A program made the position numbers and the translations under genes. A stretch of 64,000 nucleotides of DNA from Lepidodermella squamata (taxonomy: Eukaryota; Animalia; Gastrotricha), in NCBI GenBank assembly GCA_047495785.1, contig JBLDXI010000024.1, positions 4,712,001 to 4,776,000 on the forward strand, read 5' to 3'. Under the pieces are notes generated by a model. That model was not told where the DNA came from. It saw only the letters and a list, made by a program, of their open reading frames with translations, and ran no database searches. Shown piece by piece: positions 49,319 through 62,433 of this stretch; within the stretch, counting starts at the first letter, position 1, and the number at the start of each line of letters is the position of its first letter.

Positions 49319-52300
49319 ATGGTAAAATTGATTTTGTTGCTGTTTTTCGCTGCCGGAGTGGCCGCCCTGGACAACGGCCTGGCCCGCACGCCGCCGATGG
49401 GCTGGCTGTCGTGGCAGCGGTTCCGCTGTGAAATCGACTGTAAAAACTTGCCGGATGACTGCATTTCCGAGAATTTGTACATGGCGATGGCGGACCGGCT
49501 GGTTGCGGATGGCTACCGCGATTTGGGCTACGTCTACGTGAACATCGACGACTGCTGGTCGGAAATGGCGCGCGACAACACAACGAAGCAACTCGTGGCG
49601 GATCATGTTCGCTTTCCGCATGGCATCAAGTGGCTGGCTGATTACATGCACCAGAGGTCCGATTATATTTCATACACATTTTGGTTGAAAAATCTTTTTT
49701 CGGTTAAAAAAATTCAGAAAAAATTGTAAAAATTGGAATTTGAAAAGACAAGATAGGATGAAAATTGCAGATGGCAATAACAATTTTGGAAATTTTCACA
49801 ATATACTTTGATTTTATTGAAAATACTCCAAGGAATTGGAAAATTTCGACATCAAAGTGAAAAATGAGAGTGGGATGGGTCGTTATGGAATGGTAGCGAG
49901 GCCCTTACATTCTGCACTTGAAAATGTTGGGCTTATTAATCCATAGGATCAATCATTTGATTATTCAGATTCTAAGCTATGCTAACAAAAATGATTTTAT
50001 TGCAATAATTGTTTGCACTCGTTAAAACGAAAGAGAGAGAGAGAGAGAGAGAGTTCAGCTGGAGTGTGGTTCCACCAGGCTACCTTTTTTCCGTAGTCTG
50101 ACCCTAGTAAGTTTTTCCGTTCTAAGAAAAGCAGTGGTTTTTTACCGTAGTCGCTACGAAAAATTGTCTGTTCAGGCGTGACTCCTCTTACTTTTATCAG
50201 CTTGCAACGAGTTGAGACATTAAACTACGGAATCGGCGGCTTCAATAACTCGGCTATTCAATTAAAAAGACATAACGCGTTACTCTTGCACCATCATTCG
50301 GTTTTTATTCTTTCGATAATTAAATTCGAAAAATACGGCTCATCAAATCGGCTATGCTAATTACCACAGAACCATCAAATCACGGATCACAGGAATCAAA
50401 TATCATCAAATGAATCAAATACTATATTAAATTAAATGCAGTTCAAAAAGTTTTCCAGAATTAGCAGCTTTTGCTGCGGGAATTGGCGTAATCAACGCTC
50501 TACCAAATTCAGAAGAGCCAGGGACGTTCTTCAACGACGCGAGACGCGCTGATTCGGGAGCACTTTCGGCGTCACTTTCGCTAGTTTTTTGTTTTCCAGG
50601 GGCATGAATATAAGCCTAAAACTTTCCAACAACGCCTTAAAGTCAATCGACGTATCAGCTCTCCACAATCTTGATGGTAAAGACGTCGTGGGAGCTGATT
50701 GCACGCTGATAAGCATTTATAATATTTTGAAATATATTTTGAAATATTTATTTCCATGTTTAAATTAAATTAATTAACAACATTTATCGCAGGAAAACTG
50801 GCTGCTTTTTTGGTTAATTGCATCACGCTCAGACATTGGATACTCGTTGTTTTTTCTGCCGTAGTCTTTACCGTACTTTTACCGTACTTTTACCGTACAA
50901 TTACCGTTGTGCTACGGAAAAACTACGGTTCAAATCGTGTGTAGCTGGAAATTTATTGAACCTCGTCAACGTAAAAAAAAAGAAAAAATCAACAAAATTC
51001 ATTTGTTCAAGCACGCCGCCGCGCCAGCAGCAGTACCACCGTGGAATTTTGACTCGGCAAACGCAACGCTTAGTGCACCTCTTTTGACAATCACAGACGT
51101 AGTATTTTCAAGCTGTAGCTTCGGCATGGTCAGACGCCTGCTGTCGGCCTCGTCATCGCTAGAACTTTCGAGGACTGCCCGTCTTCGGTTTTTCGACGCC
51201 TTCTCCTGGGGTTTCTTCTTGTCATAGGGAATAAAGAGGAGGATACAAGCGAAACACAAAAATTGAAAAAATTGATTTTTCGTAATACTTAATCAACTGC
51301 AACAGTACTTGAATTTGTTAATGATAATTTTATTCAAAATGTTTAGGGGCCTGAAACTGGGCATCTACGCCGATTACGGCCTGTTCACCTGCGGCGGCTA
51401 TCCCGGTTCAATGGGCTACTTCGACATTGACGCCCAGACGTTCGCATCGTGGGACGTCGACTCGGTGAAATTCGACGGTTGCTTCAGCGACGCTTCCACC
51501 GATAAAACCGGCTACCCAGGCTTCGGGGCTGCCCTCAACAAAACCGGCCATCCTATGCTGTACTCGTGCGAATGGCCGCTCTACGAATGGGTCAATGGCG
51601 TCGCGTCCAACTACACAGCTATCGCTCAGACGTGCAATTTGTACCGCAATTTCAACGATGTTGACGATTCGTTCGAGTCGGTGAAATCGATCATCAATCA
51701 TTATGCGGATAATGGCACGTCATTCCTGAATTCGGTGGGTCCCGGCAATTTTCTCGACCCGGACATGATTATCGCGGGCGATTTCGGGCTGTCGTACGAC
51801 CAGCAGAAACTGCAACTCGGCATGTGGGCCATTTTCGCAGCTCCGCTTTACATGTAAGATTCGTTTCTCTATTATGAAGTGAATGCTGAAAAAATTCTAA
51901 AAATCCCGAGAAATATGTTGAGCTTTATTAATTTTCCAAAAAATAAATGAAAAAATTTGCAAAAGCCTACAAAATGTAAAAAACATCCCATCCGTTATCT
52001 GCGATTTCAGCGGAGGAAATTGATATTCAGCTGTCTATGAGGGTAGTAGAAAAATTGGTTAATCTATAGGCTCTGTATAAGGCCCTGCTTTTTCATTTCG
52101 AAAAGCGATTCCATTTTTTTAAATATCAACTTCTGATTTTTTTTAGGTCCAACGATTTGAGAAATATGCGCCCGGAAAGCGTGACTCTGCTGCAGAACAA
52201 GCTGCTGATTGCGATCGACCAGGACCCGCTTGGCACGGCTGGAAGTTTGGCTTATAGGGTAAGAAAACTCTCAGCGTTTTCATCATTGCTGCGTTAATTA

Positions 52301-55300
52301 TTGATTTATTTCGGCGATGAATAAGCAATCAATACAGCGCGCGTATTCTATTTAATATGAATAGCCCTTTTGACATCTTTACAACGTCTCTGACAGTATC
52401 AAATATTAAGCTGGCTGTTGATATTATTTATTCACGCGGCGTGCGTTATCATATAGTACGAGTACACGTGTGTAGTTGGTGTGAGCTCGTTAGGTCTAAT
52501 GCTGTAGTACGTGAGCGCGTATAATTGATAGGCGAGAAAGTGCGCGTTGTATATCGCCTGACTCTGTGGCGCAATTGGTAGCGCGTCTGACTCCAGATCA
52601 GAAGGTTGCGTGTTCAAGTCACGTCGGGGTCAACTCATTTTTCGTTTTTTTTATTTTTATTTTTTATTATTATTTTCTCGACCCGCCGATCCCGCTAATC
52701 CGCAGTAGATATCGTTAATATTCAAATACAAGCCCAGGCGGCTCTACAAAGAACATCAACGTGCCGACAAAGAGTGCTGCCTGGGTATTTCGGAATTTAC
52801 GATATTTAGAAATTGCTGGTAAATTGATGTGTTATACTTATCATAAGTAGAGAAGATTAAAATAGGGTCCTCCTGTTACCGGAACCTTTACGGTATAAAC
52901 CTGATCCTTTATATATGGTCTGAAACCACAGGATACAATTTTGTGCAATTCAAAAGTTATACGTTGTCTCAAATTGTTCGAATTATTTGAAAATACCGTA
53001 AATGTTGAAGTAATAATAGCCCGAATAATAGTAATAATGAGTCAACCGAGTCACTTTGTTAAAGCCGTACTAATGTGCGTAATAGCCCGGGCTTCTATTC
53101 GAGATGGGCTAGCATGTCGTAGTTTTATTTATATAGGCCCTCCGCCGGACGAGATATAGGCACATATGGCTAACATCAGAGCATGAACATATTCTGATGC
53201 CCCCATGGGCCCGGAATTGAGCCCAATTTTGTCGGTCTGGAAAATATCGAGGTAGTTAGCTGCAATTTAGAGGACTTACAGGCAGGGCAGGGTTATTCCA
53301 ACTCATTCATGCAGACAATGCTCAGGTTCAGCAAGGCTCAAGGGTCAGGCTATGACGGTTCAGGTTCAGGCTCCGGGCTCTGTAATGCAAGGTGATGATG
53401 AGAACAGCTTATAATAAATGACAACTGGCCTAAAGCCTAAACTATTATGGTATAAGGCGCATGGCTAGGAGCACATGGCAGAGCAGGCCGCATGACAGTC
53501 ACGTGACAAGGTGAATCATAAGCGTTGCTAAAGGAAACGACATTGACACGTGCTGCAACGACCTTGGGTTGGGGTTAGGGTTAGGGTTAGGGTTACTATA
53601 TAGCCATATATACTATATACTATACTATACTATACTATATACTATATAGCCATACTATATAGCTAATTTACTATATAGCCACCGGCCACATCCCTCCTTT
53701 TTAAAAACCAGAAACACATATTGTTAGCGACGTTGAATAACTCGGATTTAAGCTTGTTCTCATCTGTTTCAAAGTGAGAGGTTGCAAGTAACAAGTCATT
53801 TGTTTTGCCTCTTCATTCACGTGAAAAAACGCCGCTTTTTATTTGTCACCCGTTGCCTTGAAAAGGCTGTAAACAAGCCTAAATCCGAGTTATTCAACGA
53901 CGCTAACGACATCCCTCCTTTTCAAGATTGAATAATGAAAACGGAACAGATAACGGAACAGATAACGAAAGAGACAGATGAAATGCTAAATCCAAAACAG
54001 TAATGAACAACTAAAATGTCAAACATGAAGCAGCGAAATGAAATGAAATGACTAATACGAAACGATCACCACATACTCATGATAAAATCCTTAAAGCGAC
54101 CTGGCAAACCTGCATTACGTTTTGGGCGAACACTCGTACTGCTAGCACCAGATTCTGGCTGCCACGAGGAAGAAGAAGAAACATCGATGTGGTTAATAGG
54201 CAGATTAGGACTAAGAGCGGTATATACAACAGTCAGAAGTAACAATACCAACAGGAGTAGGTGATTAGTAAAAATAGATTGATTACCTATTTACCACAGG
54301 TTGATCGATGATAGATGCAGAAGCAACAGAAGATTCGGAAATAACATGGTCAGTAGAGTTAGTCGAAACAGTAGGCTGTGCAACAAATTTTGGCGCTATG
54401 TCAGGCTTTAGCTGCCAGATAGATTTTGTTTCGATCTCGCCATCTATGTCAATCATAGAATTTCCACGTACAGTGCCTACAATTTTGTACGGACCATTAT
54501 AGCGGAACTGAAATTTGCCGCTATGAACCGGAAGATTTTCGACACAAAACAAATCACCTACTGAACTACTGTCGTATTAGCGATTTAGCTAAACAGCTAG
54601 CTATTATTTCTTGAACACCCTGTATTATACGACATTTGTTATACCATTGAGCACGAGTTCAGCAATAATTCAGCAAGGCATGGTGATGCATGTTCACCCA
54701 TGGGAACGCCTTCAGTGTGTCGAAACCACACGCCATCAAATCGACATTACCGACGAAAGCGACATTAAAGTTGCTCTCCTGTTTGTCGCCTGACTAACTT
54801 ACGGATTAATGCCTCAGACTGCAGAAGCAGCAAGGTGTTGCGCTGTTGACTATTCACTTGTTCGTCGCTTTAGGTAAACTGAAACACGGAGAAACACGGA
54901 GAAAATAAAGAAAGAGCCTTGACAATTAGTAAGAAATGAGACCCTTCTCTAAAATTCTCAGAATTTGGGCTAATGCCATTTCTAGTCTGTTCTAATTTTG
55001 TCGGATTTTGACCCAATATGAGAAAAAAGATTTTCTTAATCCTTAATGGAAAACTTGAAGTAGCGAGTTTACTTAGAAATAAAATTTGCATTAGCTTTTT
55101 GGTTACTATAATATAATTTCGTTGCAGCTTATGCGATAAAGATATAAGCCGCAAAATATACTGTAATTTGCTCTTTTTCTCTATTTTCGAACCCAGCAAT
55201 CAAAAATGAACATTTTTTATTTTCTTAGAATGGCAACATTCAAATTTGGACGCGAACACTGTCGAACGGCCGTTACGCCATAGCCGCGATAAATTTCGAC

Positions 55301-55492
55301 ACGGCTGGTACGCCGACTCGAGTGCCGAAATCGCTGGCTGATCTCGGAATCCCGGTGCAGCCGAAGACCGTCTATTCAACTCTGGAAGTTTTCGAGCAAT
55401 TCTCCCTGGGGCTGTACTCGGCAGCTGACAAAATTCCGATTCGAGTCAACCCGACTGGCATTGTTATGCTTTTGGTTGAGGAGCTGCCCTGA
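49319..55492 (+). CDS. GH27 alpha-galactosidase-type enzyme (exons 49319-49656, 51347-51853, 52147-52258, 55229-55492)
   Basis: [27 protein letters not shown] and DPDM motifs. SCEWPLY is the GLA-type E/L motif. Confidence 0.92.
50032..50053. repeat. (AG)n microsatellite
   Basis: About 11 AG units read directly from the sequence. Confidence 0.9.
52560..52632 (+). tRNA. tRNA-Trp(CCA), intronic
   Basis: GACTCTG..CGGGGTC acceptor stem, TGGCGCAATTGG A box, TCTGA-CTCCAGA-TCAGA anticodon arm, GTTCAAGTC B box, downstream T-run. Confidence 0.95.
53564..53645. repeat. Short (TTAGGG)n tract followed by (TATAC)n
   Basis: Three perfect TTAGGG units plus degenerate ones, then a TATAC array. Confidence 0.85.
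53688..54570 (-). mobile_element. Ty3/Gypsy LTR retrotransposon remnant (integrase C-terminus, PPT, LTR start)
   Basis: [12 protein letters not shown] (GPY/F motif) and [15 protein letters not shown]. Polypurine tract AAAAGGAGGGA followed by TGT on the minus strand near 53910 and again near 53690. Confidence 0.75.
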
Positions 55493-55732
55493 ATGGGACA
55501 TTTTTGCGACTATCATCCAATTTTTGTCTGTTTTATCATTTCAATGCAATGATTTTATGCTCAATTTTCGATTCGCTAAAATTGTGATGGTTTAATTTAA
55601 TGATTCCGCAATGTTTTTCCATCCTGCTTTCATTTTGTTTTGCAATCCTTGGTTCAACGTTTTAGCCAGTGTTACCATGCTGAGTTTTAATAAAATTCCT
55701 GTTTTTCATTGATTTAGTCAGTTATTTTCGAA

Positions 55733-58700
55733 ATGCATTGGCCGGTCACTTCGATTTTAGTGGTTCTCGGCCTTTTCGCGGCTGTGAATTCATTGAATAA
55801 CGGCCTGGCTCGGACGCCGCCGATGGGCTGGTTATCGTGGCAGCGATTCCGCTGTCTAATCGACTGCGATCAGGACCCAGACGAGTGCATCTCCGAGAAT
55901 TTGTACATGGCGATGGCGGACCGGCTGGTTGCGGATGGATTCCGCGATTTGGGCTACGTCTACGTGAACATCGACGACTGCTGGGCGTCGCACCAGCGCG
56001 ACAATGCGACGAAAAAACTCGTCTCGGACCCGGTGCGCTTCCCTCATGGCATCAAGTGGCTCGCTGATTACATGCACAAGAGGTAAAATTTTCCAAATTT
56101 TAATTACTATGCAAATCATTATTAATATGGATGATATGCATAAGTAAGCAAACTATTTTCTCAAAGTGAAAACCAAAAATAGACTGAAATTTTCGAATTC
56201 CCACCGGGTTTTCTGTGATGATCTTGGTAAAACCAACAACTAATCGCCATTGGTTGTACTAATAATTACTGAGGTACGCGATTGACTAAATTTTTCAGCG
56301 TCTTAGGATGTTTTTCCATAAAGAGTAGAAAAATCATCGAAAATCGATGTTCGATCACCGCGAATTGAAAATATAGCATTTTCTTAGTTTTCACGAGACA
56401 AAATGATAAGGCTCTAAAAATTGCTACCCCATCGCGTGCTGCAATATTTGTTAGTACAGCCAATTTTCGTGAATTCGAATATCATGACATTCCGGATTTG
56501 CATCGAATTTCAGAGATTTTTCTAATTTTCATGAATAATTTACCAAGATGCTGTGAAATCTAACCAATTGCTTGATTCCATAATGCTTCTTGGCCCACCC
56601 AATAGAGACATCTGTAGTTCCACGAACAAAAATTATGGTTCTACTTTTTTTAGGGTAGAAGCGATTGTTAAGCCTAATATGAATTGTTTCTAATCAGGGG
56701 ACTGAAATTGGGCATCTACAACGACTACGGTACTTTGACATGCGGCGGCTACCCCGGTTCGCTCGACTATCTTCAGCTGGACGCGCAGACCTTCGCCGAG
56801 TGGGGCATAGACTCGGTGAAAATGGACGGCTGTTACTCGGATCCGAAGTCGATGGACAAGGGCTATCCGCTATTTGGCTCGTACCTGAACGCAACCGGCC
56901 GGCCGATGCTGTACTCGTGCTCGTGGCCGGCCTACCAGACGGGCGATCCGAACACGACTGTCGACTATCCGAGCATTGCCAAGTATTGCAATATCTGGCG
57001 CAATTATGACGATATCGATGATTCTTTCGAATCTATTAAAACTATTCTAGGTAAGATAACACAATATCAATACATAGAAAGGCAAGAGTATCTAAGTATC
57101 TCACTTCGGTCAAGCTTTTTGCTCTTGGTCTCTGCATTGTTTAATTATGGTTTTTGAATATGAATTTTCCATCCATTGGCTGATGAGATGTTGGGAATTG
57201 AGCAAAATCAAATCAAAGGCTGGCCTCGCTATCTCTTTGAGTAGCAGAGGCAAAGCCATTATTTGCCGAATGATATGATGAATTTCGCCTTCAACCTGTA
57301 AATAATCGTTTCACAGGCCGTTCTCGTGAACCCATCGAAGAACAGATGGATAATAATGAAAGTGGCAACCGGCGATTTCGCTCAGGAATACGAGACACAA
57401 GGCATTTATCGTTGCCAGATCGTAGTCAAAAGTCATCAGAGGTCATTGTTACCAGATTCAGCCAGCATTCCAGCCTTGAGATATTCGAAAACTTCAAAGT
57501 ACAGGCTAGCATGTTGTAGCTTATTTGGATAGGCCCTTTGCCGTTTGGCGCTGTTTGCACAGAGCTTAAGTTGCTGACTGATTGAAGGCGAGCGGAACGA
57601 GGCTTGGTCACCCGTGATTTTGAATTGTCTAAGCTGATGATAACATTGAGAGAATGGTCGTTAGTCCGGATTCCGGATTTCACATCACAGCATCGCTGTG
57701 GATGAGCAGACCGCATAATCTCCGCCTTAGCGTTTGACAGAGGGGGTTCAACGCGAGTTCAACGCGAGCGGACACCATGGCAGCAAATTCATAGCGTGGA
57801 AATGTAAGCCTCGCTTATCCATTGAAGGAGGATCGACATAGGGCGTGAGGTGCTAATTAATGCCCAGAAAGTTTGCTCGAAAATTAGTAGAATACGATGG
57901 GTCCTTTTTGAGTGAGATAAGCGGAATGTCAGTATGGGAAATTTCTTCATTATAGCAGTTATAAATTTGCGATTTTCGACCTTGTGTTCGTTATGCAGTC
58001 CTGCATTGCTTTCAGAATCATTTTTTCATCTCGCTCGGTCGTATCCCTCATAGAAGTCTTTATTTCATGCAGCTGGGTTGAATACCCACTGGCTCCTGGA
58101 ATTCGCTAACTACAGACTTTTGGCAAAATAACTAATTTTATATTAGAAATTTAAATTCTGTGTTCAGTGGCTCTTCTATGGAACCAGAATCATTTGTTGA
58201 TCCTGACGAATTTGACGTCTTTATACCAGACGTGACCGAATCAGACCTGTTTGGAAAAGTCAGCGACCGACTCCGCGTTGGGTATCTCTCCGAAGCACTA
58301 GAAAAGCCTAAGTTCCCAGTAACTGGAATACTGCTTGGCAATTATCGTCGCCCGATGGTGTCTCTCACTGTCGCAAAGAAAAGCGGAGGAAAGGGCATAC
58401 ATGTTATTTTTGCTGTTGACACTAATTGTCCGACTACTTACGTAACGAAACGTGTTTTCGACACGCTGCTCGGAGAAGGATTGGCGGTTCCTCAAACGAC
58501 GTGTCTGAATGTTCATGGTTCAGTTTTCGAGGTTTCGTTATCCCGTGCACATTTTTCCAACATCAACTTGGTTGGAGCTGATTTTTTCTATCGCAACAAT
58601 TGCAAAGTCCTCTTGGATTATTCGATGCTTGATGTTACCATTTTTCAACCAGATATGGAACAAGCATAGTTTGAATAGCAAACCAGATTAGAATGATGAT

Positions 58701-59351
58701 AGCGAATAACAGTATACTAAAGCGATTTACAATTTGAAAATTTGAAAATATCTGATAAAATCAGCTGAATTCTGATCAATTAAAAATTACTCGAATTTTC
58801 TAGATTTCTATGGCGACAATAAGGACAGCTTTCTGGACGTTGCCGGTCCCGGTAATTTTAACGACCCTGATATGGTCATCGTAGGCGATTTCGGCCTCTC
58901 CTACGAACAACAACGCGTTCAAATGGGCATGTGGGCCATGCTAGCCGCCCCGCTCTACATGTCCAACGATCTGCGAATGCTGCGCGAAGAATCGAAGGAT
59001 CTTCTCCAAAACAAACGCCTCATCGCAATCAACCAAGACCCGCTCGGCATTTCAGCTCGGCGCATCTACCGCTTGGAGCAGAATAGCGTCAGTGTTTGGA
59101 CCCGAAAACTGGCTGTTGGCGCTTGGGCAGTTGCCGCTGTGAATTACGGCATTTACGGCACGCCGTATCGATTCAACGACACGTTGGCGCATTTGAATGT
59201 GACTGGCGCGTCGAAGTTCGTTGCTTCAGACGCGTTTACTGGCGAAATGGTGGGCACTTTTGGCCTGAAAGATGCCGTGCCGTTCGTTGTCAACCCGAAC
59301 GGTATCGCCATGTACGTTTTTGTACCGGCGGCTGGGCTTGTTCAAGCTTAA
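55733..59351 (+). CDS. NAGA: GH27 alpha-N-acetylgalactosaminidase-type enzyme (exons 55733-56082, 56698-57050, 58804-59351)
   Basis: [25 protein letters not shown] (NAGA-type S/A motif), NDPDM and [11 protein letters not shown]. Confidence 0.9.
58178..58669 (+). CDS. Retropepsin-like (aspartic protease fold) ORF nested in NAGA intron 2
   Basis: 163-aa intact ORF with [14 protein letters not shown] and a C-terminal NLVGADF, matching the clan AA pattern. May have upstream exons. Confidence 0.6.
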   Translation: MEPESFVDPDEFDVFIPDVTESDLFGKVSDRLRVGYLSEALEKPKFPVTGILLGNYRRPMVSLTVAKKSGGKGIHVIFAVDTNCPTTYVTKRVFDTLLGEGLAVPQTTCLNVHGSVFEVSLSRAHFSNINLVGADFFYRNNCKVLLDYSMLDVTIFQPDMEQA

Positions 59352-59744
59352 ACGCGAATTTTATTGACTAACTTGCCAATTTTGTGTTTCAATTTGATGA
59401 TGATATTATTATGCAATATGAGTTGATTGCGCGGTTGTGATCGCGACTTGTGATTAAGTTATCTTATCGATTGTTTCCAGCTTGCATTTGACAACCATCG
59501 AATTTTAGGTTTGCGGCTTTTCCAGTCTGATTTTTGTTACTTTTCTTTCGTTTTATGCTCAATATATTCCGTCAAATGACCGGCGATTCCACTGTTTTAC
59601 CAACATGTTGTTTCGGAATAAAAGACCATGGTTCTTACCTTTTGTTTTTTACCCTTTGAACAACACAAAAAACAAAAACGTTATTTCACCTGAATGGATC
59701 TCGAAGTAGACCAGAGCAGACTTAATAAAACGTAATTTGATTTA

Positions 59745-60398
59745 TTAGAATAAGCGACTCGATAAAGGCGAGTAAAAAAGACAAGCAAAAATGACAGCGG
59801 GCATATACAGCAGGAAATTTGCGAATGGGGCGAAGCGTGCAGCATGAGACCGTGCGATAAGAACTACGCGGTTCGGTTTCGCCTCGGATTTCGCTTTGCC
59901 AGGTGTCTGCGCTTTCGTAGGCACCGTCACGACGCGTGTTGTTGTTGTGCGACCTGGTTCGCCATTGCAGTAATCCGATCGCTATAGAAAAGTAACTCCA
60001 TGAAATTCAAACGTCAGTAGTGCTGGGAAAACTTACGCAGCATGTGCATGAACAGACAGTTGATTTGGGCGCATAGACAGCACAGTACTGGTTGAAGTTC
60101 CGGCATCCATCGTCACAATTGTCACTTGTGGCGCATTGCTTACGGTAACCCACGGTTCCATCTGTATGAGCTGCCATTAGAAGGTAGCAACCGTAGCACG
60201 CGGATGCACGGCCTCCTACAGCATCTGATGCATCATCAAAACACGCTACTAGACCTGGGCTATTTTGCGTCGACGAATCTGCAAAAGCAATAAATTTAAG
60301 CCAAAATTGTATACTTGGTGTTTGGGCTAACTTTTTACTAGCAACAGCAGCGTGAATGGCGGGAAAATAATCGACCAGAGTTTCACGTATAGCGGCAT
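59745..60398 (-). CDS. Ly6/uPAR three-finger-like protein, likely GPI-anchored (3 exons)
   Basis: Signal peptide MPLYVKLWSIIFPPFTLLLLV, a Cys-rich domain ending CTCC|RSDYCN after splicing, a Thr stalk and a hydrophobic C-terminus. Confidence 0.75.
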
Positions 60399-62433
60399 AT
60401 GGAACAAGGAACTTGAAAATTAGTTCCGACTCGCTTTGCCTGGATTCATCGATTTTTCTTAGATTCAAATTAAAAAGTTAGCATATCTGAAAAATAAATT
60501 AAAAATTATCCGGTAATGCACCTAGGCTGTCTATTTTTAAAGAAGAGCTTGTATATGGGAACTAATTTTTTAGGCTATTTTCGGATGTAATTTGTTGCAA
60601 TCTACTGCGGCTGTTTACGATAACAGCATCTAGGAGCAAATAAAAACACGGATCTGTGACATTCACGACTGCCTACCATCCATCGCGCAGCCAAAACATG
60701 CCGCTAGTGCGGGCATCTGTGTAAACGAAAAGGCGCGCTCGCTGATAATGCTTGTTATAGCGGCTCGATAACGCGACGCTTTTGTGTTGTTTTGTGACAT
60801 GCTTGACGCTCGATTTATGCTAATCAATGGCGATTGTAGGCTGGCGGCGCTCGAATTCCTGCTGCGATAATCGTTTGTGAGTAGGGAAAAACAATAAGCG
60901 AGATGGTGGTCTGCGGATTTGCCGAGTTGATAAAACAACAAACGGTGTAACAATAAACTAAGCTTGTTTCTAACCTGCATACCAGGAACGGTTATCTGCT
61001 TTCTCGGTTCGATTTAAATATGTGCGGGTCGTTGAAACAAGTTTTCGCGGACCCGGCCTGTTTTCGAAAAATCATTCTCATAGGGACTACAACCTCAAGG
61101 TGTCTAAAAACTAAAACCGCATACTATATTTCTTGAAAAAAAGTTTTACCAGCGTCATGCACCGTTGAGGATCAGTCAAGGACGCATTAAAGTGTTCACA
61201 GATCGATCATGAAAATCATTTTCCGGCGTAAGGAGTTTTAGATCTTGCCTTGCTGATTCTTTTTCAGAGCTTTCGATGTTTATTAGGGTCAGGGAGACAT
61301 CAGGTACGCAATTTCGGCTCTGCAATATGGTATATATTACCTATCTCCTTAACACCATGCATTATGTATATATAATATTCCCTTTTTGTAACAATTACCG
61401 CGTGGTGAAATAAGAAGGGAAAAACCTAGATTTTCTCAAAAGTAGAATTTAATGGATTACAGTGTTCCGATTTTTGCCCACTGGACCACGCTCAGTGGCA
61501 GACACAAAAAAATATTCCTTATTAAAACCGTTGAGAAAAGGGGTAGGGGTATATTTAATCGGCGTACACTTTCAGACCTTGGAAGCCAGCCAGGTTTAAG
61601 GATTTTTGAAGTCAGAAATTCGCAATTTTCGTGCTTCTATAAAAAAAATTTCGCTCGCTTCGCTCGCAAATATCTATTTTCTATTCTCTTAAGCCAGCAT
61701 TTCCCATTCTCATTGGACCCAATTTTAAATGATCTGGAATCTAGAAGCTGCCTGGAGGTAAGTTTGAAGGAGATTCCTTCCCATTTCGAGAAAAAACCAG
61801 CTTCGAGATGCTCATTTTTCGCATTTTCAGCGGCGAATCACCAAAAAATCGGCTCGCTTCGCTCGCATTCTCATACTATGGACTATTTTTGTTTCCCTGA
61901 TGTAAGACAGCTACAGCAATATAAAATATAAAAGACCTTACTCCCCTAGAACAGCATCGAAGACTCAGGCTTTAAGCTTTAGGAAATAACATCTCTGATT
62001 TTTAATCGCGTGTTAACTAGTTTTTGCGAACTTCGAACGAATTGACAGCAGCTAAGAAACAAATCGAAAAAATTCCAAATTGGCGTACACTTTTCTGCAA
62101 CTTATTTCCAGTGGCAGACACTTTCGAGTTACGAAAAAAAATCGGAGGACTGATGGATTAAGGTGACACAAAAGTTTCATGATGACGGATTGACGACTCA
62201 ATGTGAGCGAAACGTTTTTTTCCTTCAGCTTTTTCACTTGACGTATATTATTTGATGACAGTGGTGAAAATCGTGAAAAGGCGAGCACAGGCACCCAAAT
62301 TAGCGCCGACTTCAAACCATGAGCCCCCAACTGCGTGCCCGGCAATTTAGCAGCGGCGCCTCGCTTTATTGCCACCCGCGCCTCGACTCTCTTGCGCCGG
62401 CCATATTATTTCCTCCTGTTTCACAACACCGGA

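Noticed and set aside
50055-50950. Possible degenerate TIR element in GH27 intron 1 with CCGTA repeats
   Set aside because: The termini match poorly and there is no TSD.
61440-61920. Repeated GCTCGCTTCGCTCGC motif suggesting a MITE
   Set aside because: Boundaries and TSD could not be defined.
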